From positions 61,537 through 125,536 of IMG/VR virus record IMGVR_UViG_2695421015_000001: a stretch of 64,000 bases of DNA, one strand, 5' to 3'. The notes under the pieces are model-generated. The model saw nothing but the letters and a program-made list of their open reading frames with translations, ran no database searches and was not told where the DNA came from. The first letter of the stretch is position 1; each line of letters opens with the position of its first letter. The DNA is from a virus (Duplodnaviria > Caudoviricetes). Shown in pieces: positions 35,382 to 45,536 of the stretch. Both the position numbers and the translations under genes were made by a program.

Positions 35382-36644
35382 ATGCATGTCGGCAAGATCA
35401 CGGTCAACGGCAGGGTCGTCGGGACCGTCACACTTCTCGATAATGCGCCGGCGTCTCCCCCGACGCCGGTCCTTGCCAGCTACGAGGGCATGGATTTCGC
35501 GCCCGGCGAGTATGGGGGCGCTGATGGAGGCGGGGGCTTCGGTGCGGGGTCGCGTCAGCATCCGGTGCCCAGCCGCGGTGACGTCAAGGGTGCCTATCCG
35601 GACGTCAACATTCATGACCCGTCCCCGACGGGTGGCAGCAGGGTCTATGGCGGCCTCGCTGACGCACGCGACCGCGCGCGCCAGGAGCTCAAGGACAAGC
35701 CTTGGCTCAACGACAAGGCCATGCACATCTTCGCGGGCGAGAACCCCGATCCCACCGCGTCGACATCGTTGTGGGAGAGCGCCATCAACCGCGCCGCCGT
35801 TCGTGGCACCAGTCTCGAACAAGAGCTGCGCACGACGAGCGAGGGCGGCTACTACGCCGGCTGGAGCGACAACATCTCGCCTCAGACCCGCAAGACGCTG
35901 GAAGCAAGCCGCGACCGCGCGCTGAATTACTCCAACACCTCGAACTACGCCACCGACAACGCCTCCAACCAGCCCGGCAACAGGCTGGCCGAACGCGATG
36001 TGACCAGTGGCCGCTTTCAGGAGCGGGCGGTCCAGAATCGCGAGCATTTCTTCGCCCCGCTCGGCGAAAGCCCCAAATGGCACGAAAAATGGAGCAGCCT
36101 CGTCAACGAGAGCGAGGCCAAGCAGGCGGCGGACCCGAGCACAGCGGCATCAGCTGCGGCTGCCGCCCCCGACATTGCCGGACAGCCCGGCCGTGTCCCG
36201 GGCGTCGAGCCGAAGGCCTTCATCATGCATCACACCGGCGGCCGCGGATCTGTGCAGGGCGTCGAGGACACCCTCAACCAGCGCGGCCTTGGTGTCGAAT
36301 ACATCATGGACCGCGACGGCAAGATCACAGCCTTCGGCCCGGCTGGCTCGAAGCACATCCTGTCCGGCTGGGGTAAGGGCGCAGGCCTCAACAACGACAA
36401 CACAGTCGGCATGGAGGTGATCGCCAAGGACAATAACGACGTGACGCCGGCGCAGGTCGCCGCAGCGAGAGCCTTCATCGCCAAAAACTATCCCGATACG
36501 CCGGTTTACGGGCACGGCGAGGTCAACCCCGGCCACAAGGAGGCCGACGAGGGCCTGACCATCGCCAACGCCATCCGCGCCGATCGCGCTCGCGAGACGG
36601 CCGACGTCGGCAAGAAGACCGCCGCGGACGACGGCAAGATCTGA
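35382..36644 (+). CDS. Virion-associated peptidoglycan hydrolase with C-terminal Amidase_2 domain
   Basis: IMHHTGG...N..TVGMEV...VYGHGE Zn-amidase motifs; upstream ES..NRA segment may be a second hydrolase domain. Confidence 0.75.
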   Translation: MHVGKITVNGRVVGTVTLLDNAPASPPTPVLASYEGMDFAPGEYGGADGGGGFGAGSRQHPVPSRGDVKGAYPDVNIHDPSPTGGSRVYGGLADARDRARQELKDKPWLNDKAMHIFAGENPDPTASTSLWESAINRAAVRGTSLEQELRTTSEGGYYAGWSDNISPQTRKTLEASRDRALNYSNTSNYATDNASNQPGNRLAERDVTSGRFQERAVQNREHFFAPLGESPKWHEKWSSLVNESEAKQAADPSTAASAAAAAPDIAGQPGRVPGVEPKAFIMHHTGGRGSVQGVEDTLNQRGLGVEYIMDRDGKITAFGPAGSKHILSGWGKGAGLNNDNTVGMEVIAKDNNDVTPAQVAAARAFIAKNYPDTPVYGHGEVNPGHKEADEGLTIANAIRADRARETADVGKKTAADDGKI

Positions 36645-36662
36645 TCCGGAGACCGCAGCACC

Positions 36663-37127
36663 ATGAAAGAGTTCTCGCTGCTCGGCTTCATCGAGCACGT
36701 CGCCGTCATGGGCCTTGAGGTGGAGCACGCCAACCACCACGCGCTTGAAGAGGTCGGCAAGCTCGTCACCAAGGAAGTCTACCGCGTCATCGGCACTTAC
36801 GATTACGGCTGGCCAGAACTGGCCCCGTCAACGCAGGACGACCGCGAAAGCCACGGCTTCGCCCCCGACGAGCCGCTCAAGCGCACCGGCGAGATGCGCG
36901 ACTCGGTCTGGTACAAGGTCGGTCACGATGAGGTGACCGTCGGCACCGATAGCCAGATTGCGGTCTGGCAGGAGCTGGGTACGAGCCGCATTCCGCCTCG
37001 GCCTTTTCTTCAAGGGGCGGCGCAGCACAAAATGCCGGAGGCGCTCGACATCATCGGGCGCGCAACGGTGGCTGCCTTGTCCGGAGAGATGGTAGGGGGC
37101 GCCAACTCGATCGTACCGAAGAAGTAG
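36663..37127 (+). CDS. Virion morphogenesis protein (HK97 gp10/P2 gpS-like)
   Basis: L.RTGEMRDS...QELGTSRIPPRPFL. Confidence 0.8.
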   Translation: MKEFSLLGFIEHVAVMGLEVEHANHHALEEVGKLVTKEVYRVIGTYDYGWPELAPSTQDDRESHGFAPDEPLKRTGEMRDSVWYKVGHDEVTVGTDSQIAVWQELGTSRIPPRPFLQGAAQHKMPEALDIIGRATVAALSGEMVGGANSIVPKK

Positions 37128-37142
37128 GCGTCGGGGACGGGT

Positions 37143-37694
37143 CTAGAAAACTACGAGCGCGATCACGCCAGCAAGAAACGCCGCCGAAAGCCAGAAGAAC
37201 CACCATAGCCACAACGGCGCGCGCCGCGCTGGCGCGGCCTCTCCGGGCTGGTTCGCCAGATGAATGATCTGCGGGACCATCTCCGGGGAAACTTGCTGGA
37301 TGGGCTCGCCAAGGCGTTGGGCCGCCTCGATGACCGCGCCAATCGCAATCGACGCCGGGACTGCGAACCATTCGTTGTGAATGCGGCGCTGATCCAGAAG
37401 GTCGTGGGCGGCGCCCTCGACATTGAAGCCCGTCCCCGGCGTCACCCCGATGTAGGCGAACTTCAATTCCTGCGCCGAGCCGGTCTGCAGGTCTGAGATC
37501 CGCTGGATGGGGTTGGTCGACTGGCCAATCTTGTGGCCGCCGATGCCGTTGGAGATCACGTAGACGAAAGAGCCGGTCATCTGACCGGCGCCTGAAGCCT
37601 GTCGGGGACGGGTTAGCCTTCGCAAGTCGCTGGGGCCGAAGCTGATACCGGGTCGAATGCCCAAGATGCGCGGGCCGGTAAAGAAAAAACGCAT
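37143..37694 (-). CDS. GIY-YIG/T5orf172-like protein with C-terminal TM (moron)
   Basis: FVYVI...KIG.S.NP..R...LQTG...E...H......EWF; terminal hydrophobic helix; antisense to the operon. Confidence 0.75.
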   Translation of the reverse strand: MRFFFTGPRILGIRPGISFGPSDLRRLTRPRQASGAGQMTGSFVYVISNGIGGHKIGQSTNPIQRISDLQTGSAQELKFAYIGVTPGTGFNVEGAAHDLLDQRRIHNEWFAVPASIAIGAVIEAAQRLGEPIQQVSPEMVPQIIHLANQPGEAAPARRAPLWLWWFFWLSAAFLAGVIALVVF

Positions 37695-37719
37695 TCAAAC
37701 ACCTTAAGAGGGTTTCGCC

Positions 37720-39687
37720 GTGTCGGACGCTTACAAGATTGGCGTTTCCATTGTTCTCGCCAATGGCATGTCGTCCGTCCTTGCCGTTATAGGCAAGGAC
37801 CTGCTCGGGCTCAAGACGTCGGTCGGTGAGGTCGAGAAGGGTTTCGGCAAGTGGGGCACCGCCATTGCGGGGGTCGGCCTCATGCTGGGCGGCGCCGGCA
37901 TCCTCGGCGTCATGACCAAGCTGGTCGAAACGGCGGCCGACTTCCAGGATGCGATGACCAAGGTCTCGCAGCTCAATCCGAAGGTCGCCGAACTGGTCAA
38001 CAACGGCGAGATCAGGAAGCTCTCCTTCGGCCTCGCCACCAAACTCGGCATGAAGGTGGAGGACGTCGCCAATATTTATGGTGGCGTCTTTGGCGTTCTG
38101 CAGGACCCCGAAGAGGCGGAGAAGATTACTCCGTACGCCGCCCGCTACGCGCGCCTGATGGAGATGCGCCACCCCGGAAGCCATCCCGAGGAGAGCATCA
38201 ACACCTTGATGCGAGCCGGCGAACTGTCTGGCCGGCTAAGCACCAATGGGGCCATCGATCCCGAGAAGGTCAAGAAGTGGTTCGACACCGTGGCGCAGCT
38301 CCAGGCGGCCACCCACGGTCAGGTCGACGCGCAGACTTTGCTCGGGCTCGCCCAACAGGCCGGTGGCGGCGCCATGCGAGGCCTCACGGAGGAGGGCTTC
38401 GATCATATGGCCATCCTCTCCCAGATGATGGGAGGCCAGCGCGCCGGCACGGCGCTGCTGTCTCTGCGCAGCCAGATGACCGGCTCCATGATGAAGCGCA
38501 ATGCCGAGGCGATGCTGGACTACAATGTGCTGAGGCCGGGAGAGGCGACGAGCGAAGGTGGTCACGTCTCTTTGACTCCGGAGGCGACCAGCCGTTTGCT
38601 CGGGATGCTCAATAAGGACCCGGTGAAGTTCGTCGACTATCTGGTCAAGACGCTTGAGGCGCAGGGGATCACCGATCAGGAACAGCAGATCGAGGCCATC
38701 AGCCGGATGGTCGGTCGGCAAACCTCGAACCGCGAAATCCAAGACATCCTGCTGTCGCGGCAGCAGATGGAACGTGAAACCACAGGCCTCAAGCAGGGCG
38801 CGACCGTCGATGAGGGCCTGGCCGGATTCGACCGCAACTTGCACGCGGCCCAGCAGAACCTTGGGGCCGCTTGGCACAACCTTCAGGTCGCGATGGGGGA
38901 ACAGGAGACGGATAAGTTTGCCGATATCCTCAACAAAATCGCGAGCGGGTTGAACTCGGTTACCGATAGCATCACGCGGCTCACCCCCGAACAGATGGAC
39001 AAGATCTTCGAGGTTATCACCGGCATTGCTGTCGGCATGATCACGATCGGCGGCATCCTCACTGCGGCTTTGGTTACGTCCATTGTCGGCCTGCCGGTCA
39101 TACTCGGTGCTGCTGGTTTTGCGTTCGCGGCAGTTGGGGCCACCATCGCCGCCTTCAACTGGGACAAAATTACGGCGAATGCGGAAGGTGCAAGGAAGGA
39201 CATCCTCTCTTGGGAAAATATAAAGAAAAGCTTTTCACTCGGCGTGATCGGGGAAGGGCTTTCCTGGGTCGGGGCGCGTATCGTCGATCTGTCTCATCTC
39301 GTTGATCACGGTCTCACCACCATGTTCAATGGCATCGAGAGCGCGATATCGGGGTTCATCAACTTCATAGAAGGGCTCTACAATCGCGTCAAAGGGCTGG
39401 TTGGCCCCTCCGCCCCTCTGCCTGAATCACATACAGCACCTAATGCGTATGGTAGTTGGACGCCTGCTCAGATGTTAGCTGCCGGCATGTCGCCTGTGAG
39501 CTTCAACCCCGGCACCGACAGACCGAAGCCGCAGCCAGTGTCTCTGTCCCTGAACGTCGACGGCCGCACGCTGGCGCAAACCGTCAGTGCGCAACTCGCC
39601 GAACTGATGATGTTCCCGACCGGTGCCGGCGCGCCGGATCACTGGGGTCAGTGGGCCGACGCCGATAGCAACCTGTCGACGACCTAA
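37720..39687 (+). CDS. Tape measure protein
   Basis: Helical, with hydrophobic segments and C-terminal LNVDGRTLA; synteny. Confidence 0.85.
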   Translation: MSDAYKIGVSIVLANGMSSVLAVIGKDLLGLKTSVGEVEKGFGKWGTAIAGVGLMLGGAGILGVMTKLVETAADFQDAMTKVSQLNPKVAELVNNGEIRKLSFGLATKLGMKVEDVANIYGGVFGVLQDPEEAEKITPYAARYARLMEMRHPGSHPEESINTLMRAGELSGRLSTNGAIDPEKVKKWFDTVAQLQAATHGQVDAQTLLGLAQQAGGGAMRGLTEEGFDHMAILSQMMGGQRAGTALLSLRSQMTGSMMKRNAEAMLDYNVLRPGEATSEGGHVSLTPEATSRLLGMLNKDPVKFVDYLVKTLEAQGITDQEQQIEAISRMVGRQTSNREIQDILLSRQQMERETTGLKQGATVDEGLAGFDRNLHAAQQNLGAAWHNLQVAMGEQETDKFADILNKIASGLNSVTDSITRLTPEQMDKIFEVITGIAVGMITIGGILTAALVTSIVGLPVILGAAGFAFAAVGATIAAFNWDKITANAEGARKDILSWENIKKSFSLGVIGEGLSWVGARIVDLSHLVDHGLTTMFNGIESAISGFINFIEGLYNRVKGLVGPSAPLPESHTAPNAYGSWTPAQMLAAGMSPVSFNPGTDRPKPQPVSLSLNVDGRTLAQTVSAQLAELMMFPTGAGAPDHWGQWADADSNLSTT

Positions 39688-39698
39688 TCGAGCAAACA

Positions 39699-40181
39699 AT
39701 GGCTGACGTTCTCACACTCGGAGGCATCGCCTTCGATGACTTCTCGACGCCTAGCGGCATGGGCGCCGGTGGCAGCCAAGCTATGGTCGTCCACAAGCTG
39801 CCCGGCGGCGCGCGTGTCATCGATACCCTCGGACCTGACGAAGCCCCCATCAATTGGAGCGGCACCTTTTTTGGCAACAACGCGCTGGCGACGGCACTGG
39901 CGCTCGATGCGCTGCGCGCCGCCGGCAACGTCGTCGCGCTGACCTTCGCCGGCCAGTACCGGTCGGTGATTATCGACAAGTTCAGCTACACCATCCGGCG
40001 CCTGCCGGTGTGGGTGGAATATTCCGTGTCCTGCACGGTCTATCAGAACCCGGCGCTGGGCAACCTCACTCCATCAACATCGTCTGTCGACAGCCTCGTC
40101 AGCTCAGATCTCGGGACCGCGTCGGGCGCGGCGTCGGGGTCGGGCACCTCGTCGTCATCGGGCGGAACGATATCGACATGA
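39699..40181 (+). CDS. Tail tube initiator (P2 gpU-like)
   Basis: VHKLPGG.RVID.LG...I.WSG.F; follows TMP. Confidence 0.7.
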   Translation: MADVLTLGGIAFDDFSTPSGMGAGGSQAMVVHKLPGGARVIDTLGPDEAPINWSGTFFGNNALATALALDALRAAGNVVALTFAGQYRSVIIDKFSYTIRRLPVWVEYSVSCTVYQNPALGNLTPSTSSVDSLVSSDLGTASGAASGSGTSSSSGGTIST

Positions 40182-40495
40182 GCATTCCCACGAACATCAC
40201 CACCGAACTGACCAACCTGCAGGCTCAGGTCGCCGCGGCCGCGCCATTGGCGTCGGCCTCGCGCGCCACCGTGCTGGCGATCAAGCTGAATGCGGCTCAG
40301 CTCGTCACCGACGTGCAGTCGGCGCTGGTGGCGCCGAACAACATGCTCGACACGTGGACCGCGCCGCCTGACCCGCCGGCCATGATCGCCGGTATCGAAG
40401 GCCTGCTCGCGGCCTCGCAGGATCAATCAAATCTGGCGCTGATGCGCGGCGTTACCGGCCGCGCTGCGTCGAACCTGGAACAGTTGCCATCATGA
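40178..40495 (+). CDS. Baseplate-region helical protein
   Basis: ATGA overlaps; C-terminal part of ORF 39854..40495. Confidence 0.65.
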   Translation: MSIPTNITTELTNLQAQVAAAAPLASASRATVLAIKLNAAQLVTDVQSALVAPNNMLDTWTAPPDPPAMIAGIEGLLAASQDQSNLALMRGVTGRAASNLEQLPS

Positions 40496-40728
40496 CCACG
40501 ACCACGCCGGCCGCCGGATATATCGCCGCGACGGTGCCGGCGCAGACCGTTCGCGTGTCCGACACCACGCTGTTCGAAGTAGCGATGTTGCAGGCGGGCG
40601 ACCCCTTGCAGTGGGTAGCGATCGCCGAATTGAACGGCCTGATCGACCCATGGATCGTCGCCCAGGAAGATATCCTGATCCCGCCGGTGCTTCCCACGGG
40701 AACGCAAACCGGGATCTGGGGCCAGTAA
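40492..40728 (+). CDS. LysM-like baseplate protein (P2 gpX-like)
   Basis: TLFEVA...GD..QW..IA.LNGL.DP. Confidence 0.8.
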   Translation: MTTTTPAAGYIAATVPAQTVRVSDTTLFEVAMLQAGDPLQWVAIAELNGLIDPWIVAQEDILIPPVLPTGTQTGIWGQ

Positions 40729-40729
40729 C

Positions 40730-41818
40730 GTGGCGATCACGTCCGGCGCAGGACCGCATTCCGCGTTCCTGAACGTCAACGGCCAGTCGTTCCCGATCGA
40801 GCACGGCTCGGTGGAGCAGCAGGCCAAGCGCAAGAGCGGGACGTTCTCGTGCGCGATCCCGCTGACCTATCCGGGCGCGCTCGAAGCACTGACCGGCCTC
40901 GGACAGAACACCGCAACCATCACCGTCACGACGCGCGGGATGAACGAGCCGCTGACGACTGGAGAGATCGACAAGACCAATTTCGACCTCATCGGCCTCG
41001 TCATCAATGTGCATGGCCGCGACGCTTCCGCCCCGCTGCACTCGAACAAGACCAGCGAGAAGTGGCAGAACAAGATGGGCAGCGACATCGTGACCGATCT
41101 CGCCACCCGCGTCGGCCTGAAGGTGCAGGCAGACCCCTCCGGCCTGATGGCCGGCAAGCAGCTGCAACAGGATTATGTCCGGCTGTCGGATAACGTCAGC
41201 TTCTCCTACGTGATCCACAAGCTGGCGGAGTTCGACGGTGCACGCTGGTATATCGATGCGACCGGAACGCTGCATTACCAATCACAGGACAATCCGACCG
41301 GCGTCTACACGCTGAACTATGTGCCGCCCGGTCCGGGGCCGATGGCGGCCGACTCCCTCGCGCTCGTGGTCAAGCGCAACGTGCAGGCCGGAAAGAGCCA
41401 ATCGGTCTCGATCAAGGCGTGGCACCCGAAGCAAAAGCAGGTGTTCACGGACACCTATGTCGTCCCGGGCAAGGTCGGTCAGGTCAGCTACAACTATCAC
41501 ATCCCCAATCTTCTTCAGGACCATGTCAGCCAGCACGCCAAGTCCAGAGCGATCGAGCGGGCGCGCAACGAATTTACCATCGAGGCCAGCGTTCCCGGCG
41601 ATCCGACGGTCAATGTCGGGATGGATCTGCAACTGAACGGCACCGGCTATTTCGACTCGACCTATCAGATGGACAGCGTGACCCACGAGATCGGAATGGC
41701 TGGTCACACCACACACATCACCGCGCGCGGTGCGGCCGCAGGCCGAATTGCCTCGTCCACCTCGTCCACGGCACCGACACCGGCCGAGCAACTCGCAGCG
41801 GGCGAAATCGCACCATGA
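40730..41818 (+). CDS. Baseplate hub (P2 gpD/Mu gp44-like)
   Basis: SDIV..LA...GL, G.LHY, GDP....G..L.L.GTG.FD..Y....V.H. Confidence 0.8.
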   Translation: MAITSGAGPHSAFLNVNGQSFPIEHGSVEQQAKRKSGTFSCAIPLTYPGALEALTGLGQNTATITVTTRGMNEPLTTGEIDKTNFDLIGLVINVHGRDASAPLHSNKTSEKWQNKMGSDIVTDLATRVGLKVQADPSGLMAGKQLQQDYVRLSDNVSFSYVIHKLAEFDGARWYIDATGTLHYQSQDNPTGVYTLNYVPPGPGPMAADSLALVVKRNVQAGKSQSVSIKAWHPKQKQVFTDTYVVPGKVGQVSYNYHIPNLLQDHVSQHAKSRAIERARNEFTIEASVPGDPTVNVGMDLQLNGTGYFDSTYQMDSVTHEIGMAGHTTHITARGAAAGRIASSTSSTAPTPAEQLAAGEIAP

Positions 41819-42330
41819 GCGATCTTGAAGACAGGGTGCTTGCCATCGTCGAGCGATGGTACGCCAGCCGTTACAGCGAGCGACACGGGCTCGTCACCGC
41901 CTACGACCCGGTCAACTATCTGGCCAAGGTGGCGTTCATGCCCGAAGGGCAGGAGAGCGGCTGGCTCCCGATCGAGACCGGCCACGTCGGCAACAGCTAC
42001 GGCGTCGCGGTCGGACTGCAGCCGGGCGACGGCAAGAAAACCGGCGATCAGGTCGTTGTCCGCTTCCAGGAGGGCGACGTCGAGTCCGGCAAGATCGTCC
42101 AGCGCGTGCACTCCGACAGCGACACGCCGCCGGCGGTTCAGTCCGGCGAGATGGTCATGTGGACGAAGTTTCAGAACAGCGGCGGCGGATCGGATAGCGC
42201 GCAAGGCGGGCAGGGCGGTACCGGGCAAAAAATCTACTTCAAGAATGACGGATCTCTCACAAGCGAAGACGGCAACGGCGCTGTCACCGTCCACGACGGC
42301 CAAGGCAACGTCACGGTAACCGCAGTATGA
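41815..42330 (+). CDS. Baseplate spike (gpV-like), short
   Basis: G.V.AYDP...KV...PEG.ESGWLP...GDQV.V.F.EGD OB-fold; ATG at 41815. Confidence 0.85.
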   Translation: MSDLEDRVLAIVERWYASRYSERHGLVTAYDPVNYLAKVAFMPEGQESGWLPIETGHVGNSYGVAVGLQPGDGKKTGDQVVVRFQEGDVESGKIVQRVHSDSDTPPAVQSGEMVMWTKFQNSGGGSDSAQGGQGGTGQKIYFKNDGSLTSEDGNGAVTVHDGQGNVTVTAV

Positions 42331-43274
42331 CCATCACCCATCGTGTCGTGAACCAGACCGGCCCCGCCGAGCTGCCGGGAAGCCTGTCCGATATCGCCTC
42401 GCAACTATCCGGCATGGCCGCCCAGGTCTCTGCCTTGGCGGGGGCGGGTGTCGGCTTGCCCGGACTCAACAGCATCGGCGGACAGATCAGTTCGCTTGCG
42501 ACCTCCATAAGTTCGACGCTGACCGCCGCCGGCAATGCGTCGGCTGCGGGCATCGCGACCGAGATCGCCGGCATCGGATCGCAGATCGCCTCCAGTGGCA
42601 TGACCGGCATGGCAGCGCTTGCGACCTCGCTGTCGGGCCTCACCTCGCAGCTTAGTAGCCTGTTGAATGCAGGCGGGTTGGCGCAGGCGCTGCACCAGCA
42701 CATTCTCGATAAGATCAACGGCATCACCCATAGCGCCTTTCAGGGTCAGCATATCATCCAGTTGCTGACATCGGGGATCGTGCACCAGTCGGTCGCGATG
42801 GTGCAGCATATGGCGCCACAGATCCCTGTTATCGGGAATTTGCTCGGCTCAGACACAGCAACCTTCACCAAGGGCATCACGGCGCTCGGCTTCAACGTCT
42901 CTTCGGACGCGAGGCTCAAGAGCAATATCGAGACGTACGAGCCATCGATCGACGCCTTCATGCAGGCGGCCGTCAAGACTTTCATCAAGCGCCACATCCA
43001 CACCGTGGTGCACGACGACGGCACAGCCACTTCCGAGGTCGGCAAGGACGAGGGCGTTCCTTCGTTCGGTTTCATCGCCCAGGAAATCCGGAAACTTTTC
43101 CCCGAGATCGTCAGCGAGGCGAACGGCTTCCTCACAGTCGACGAAGGCAAGCTCGGCTTCATCGTCTGGGTGGTGCTGCAAGATTTCATCGCCCAGACGC
43201 GCGCAGCGACAGCTTCGATGCGCTCCGAGATCGACGCCCTCAAGGAAGAGATGAGGCAACTTAAAAATGGCTGA
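42327..43274 (+). CDS. Spike-associated protein with C-terminal peptidase S74 intramolecular chaperone
   Basis: SSDARLKSNI...GFIAQE....FPEIV followed by coiled coil. Confidence 0.75.
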   Translation: MTITHRVVNQTGPAELPGSLSDIASQLSGMAAQVSALAGAGVGLPGLNSIGGQISSLATSISSTLTAAGNASAAGIATEIAGIGSQIASSGMTGMAALATSLSGLTSQLSSLLNAGGLAQALHQHILDKINGITHSAFQGQHIIQLLTSGIVHQSVAMVQHMAPQIPVIGNLLGSDTATFTKGITALGFNVSSDARLKSNIETYEPSIDAFMQAAVKTFIKRHIHTVVHDDGTATSEVGKDEGVPSFGFIAQEIRKLFPEIVSEANGFLTVDEGKLGFIVWVVLQDFIAQTRAATASMRSEIDALKEEMRQLKNG

Positions 43275-43635
43275 TCTCTCTCTCGAGTGGGAAGACGACT
43301 TCGGCGTCGATGCGACAGGCGACCTGCTTGTCGTTGACGGCGATGATGAAGTTCGCCAGCGCCTTGAGCGGCGGCTGTTCACTGCGGTGCAGGGTTACGT
43401 TTGGCACCCAGACTATGGCGCCGGCTTGCCGCAGAAGATCGGCAGCGTCCTTTCGGTCGAGGAAATCAGAGCGGTGGTCACGTCGCAACTCGCGCTTGAG
43501 GCGTCGGTAGCGCCATCCCCACCGGCGCAAATAACGGTTTCCGCCGATCTCAACCAGCCCGACCTGACCACCATCGGCATTCTTTATTGGGATGCGCAGA
43601 CCGGCGTCAGCGTCTCTTTCTCGATCACCGCTTGA
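43267..43635 (+). CDS. Baseplate wedge (gp25/gpW-like)
   Basis: GDL.......QRL.RRL.T....Y.WHPDYGAGL. Confidence 0.8.
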   Translation: MADLSLEWEDDFGVDATGDLLVVDGDDEVRQRLERRLFTAVQGYVWHPDYGAGLPQKIGSVLSVEEIRAVVTSQLALEASVAPSPPAQITVSADLNQPDLTTIGILYWDAQTGVSVSFSITA

Positions 43636-43643
43636 GGGCATAG

Positions 43644-44798
43644 ATGCCGACACTTCCGACCCAATCGTTCGCAACGATCGTTGCGAACGTGGCCGCCGGC
43701 ATTCAGGGCCGCGCCGCGAAGTTGCTGAACTTCTCGACCGGATCAACCCTGCGCGCGATCGCCGAGGGTTTCGCCGGACTCTTCCTGTGGTTTCAGGCGC
43801 TGGTGATCCAGCTGCTTTCGGCCATTCGACTGAGCACGTCGAGCGGGAACGACGTCGACACTTGGTGCGCCGACTTCATGCCTGTGGTGCCCGGCACCAA
43901 CTCGCCTCGTCTCCCGGCTCAGGCCTCGACCGGCGTCGTCACGTTCTCGCGCTTTACGGCAGCACCCACCTCCCGCTTCATTGCTGTCGGGGCGACCTTG
44001 CAGACGGATGACGGCTCCGAGAACTTCGTCGTCACCGCGAACACCACTTACGCGACCTATTCGGCGGCGCTGAACGGCTACACGCTGGCGGCCAACGTCG
44101 GCTCGATAACCGTTCCGGTCCAATGCGCGACCCCCGGATCGGGAGGCAACGTGGCGGCCGGCACCATCACGGTCATCACGACTCCGATCACCGGCATCGA
44201 CACGGTCACCAATGGCGCCGCCTTCATCAACGGCTTTGACTCGGAGAGCGACGCCGCGCTGAAGGCGCGGTTCGTGCTTTATATCGCCTCGCTGCGAGCC
44301 GGGACCGAGGGCGCGATCGGTTATGCGATCGTGAGCATCCGGCAGGGGATGCAATACCAGATCTGGGAGCCGGGCACCGGCGGCTACACTCAACTCACCG
44401 TCTTTGTCGATGACGGGTCTGGGGCTATCCCCACGGCCACCTTGACGGCCGCGCAGGTGGCGGCGTTCGGCGTGAAGGCGGCCGGGCCGCCGATGGCGGT
44501 GCTCGCCGCCACGGAAATTAGCGCCAACCTCACCATGACGATCACGACCGCCCCCGGCTACGACCATCCGACGGCGGTGGCGCAGGTGTACGCCGCGATC
44601 ACGAACTACATCAACGGCATTGGGCTCGGCACAACTCCCGCCGCCGGCACACTGTCTTACGGCAAGCTCTATCAGATTGCGTTCAACGCCTCGCCCGGAG
44701 TGACCGACGTGACCGGCTATACGCTCAACGGCGTACTGGCTGATCTCGTCCCCGGTGCGGGGCAGACGATCAAATCCGGGTCCGTGGTCGTATCATGA
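43644..44798 (+). CDS. Baseplate J/gp47-like protein
   Basis: GS.LRAI.E, G..GNV.AG.I, G.D.ESD..L.AR. Confidence 0.9.
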   Translation: MPTLPTQSFATIVANVAAGIQGRAAKLLNFSTGSTLRAIAEGFAGLFLWFQALVIQLLSAIRLSTSSGNDVDTWCADFMPVVPGTNSPRLPAQASTGVVTFSRFTAAPTSRFIAVGATLQTDDGSENFVVTANTTYATYSAALNGYTLAANVGSITVPVQCATPGSGGNVAAGTITVITTPITGIDTVTNGAAFINGFDSESDAALKARFVLYIASLRAGTEGAIGYAIVSIRQGMQYQIWEPGTGGYTQLTVFVDDGSGAIPTATLTAAQVAAFGVKAAGPPMAVLAATEISANLTMTITTAPGYDHPTAVAQVYAAITNYINGIGLGTTPAAGTLSYGKLYQIAFNASPGVTDVTGYTLNGVLADLVPGAGQTIKSGSVVVS

Positions 44799-45535
44799 TC
44801 GGAGACAGCAACGACATCCTCCAGCGCGTACGGAAGGTACTCCCGCGTCGCTGGTTTTCTTGGGGCGCGCCGATCCGCGACGCCCTTCTTGGCGGTCTCT
44901 CCGACGGCGCCGCGTGGTGCTATTCGTGGATAGGCTACGCGCGCCAGCAGTCCAGGATCGCGACGTCGAGCGGAATATTCCTCGACATCGTGGCGTGGGA
45001 CTTTTTCGGCGCGAATTTCGTTCGACGCTCCGGCGAAAACGACGCATCGTTTCAGCCTCGCATCTTGCAGGAGATCCTGCGTCCGAGACAGACGCGCGAC
45101 GCGATCAGCCAAGTGCTGACGGACCTGACGTCTAAGCCGCCGAAGATCATCGAACTCTGGAACCCGCAGGACTGCGGCGGCTACGGCGTCGCTCAGATGG
45201 GCGGCTACGGCTCGGGCCCCGGCTGCTACGGCTCGCTGCTGTTCGACAACCAGATGCTCGTGTCCGCGTATCACGCACCCACCCAAGGCATCCCGAATGT
45301 CGATGGCTATGGCGGGTACAACGCCGGCTATGGCGTCGGGACAATCGAATATGCCGACCTGTCGCTGATCACCGGCCCCATCACGGACGCCGAGATATAC
45401 GCGCGCGTTCAGCAGACCATCGCGGCCGGCACGATAGCTTGGGTCGCCATTCAAAATCCGCCGACGCTCCTGATTACGGACGAGAGCGGAATCGCACTAA
45501 CCGCCGATAGTGGCGACATACTCGTGGTTGGATGA
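44795..45535 (+). CDS. Baseplate wedge (gpI-like) with C-terminal LITDESG..L..DSG peptide
   Basis: RI.T..G.FLD....DFFG....RR.GE.D..F..RI. Confidence 0.8.
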   Translation: MIGDSNDILQRVRKVLPRRWFSWGAPIRDALLGGLSDGAAWCYSWIGYARQQSRIATSSGIFLDIVAWDFFGANFVRRSGENDASFQPRILQEILRPRQTRDAISQVLTDLTSKPPKIIELWNPQDCGGYGVAQMGGYGSGPGCYGSLLFDNQMLVSAYHAPTQGIPNVDGYGGYNAGYGVGTIEYADLSLITGPITDAEIYARVQQTIAAGTIAWVAIQNPPTLLITDESGIALTADSGDILVVG

Positions 45536-45536
45536 C

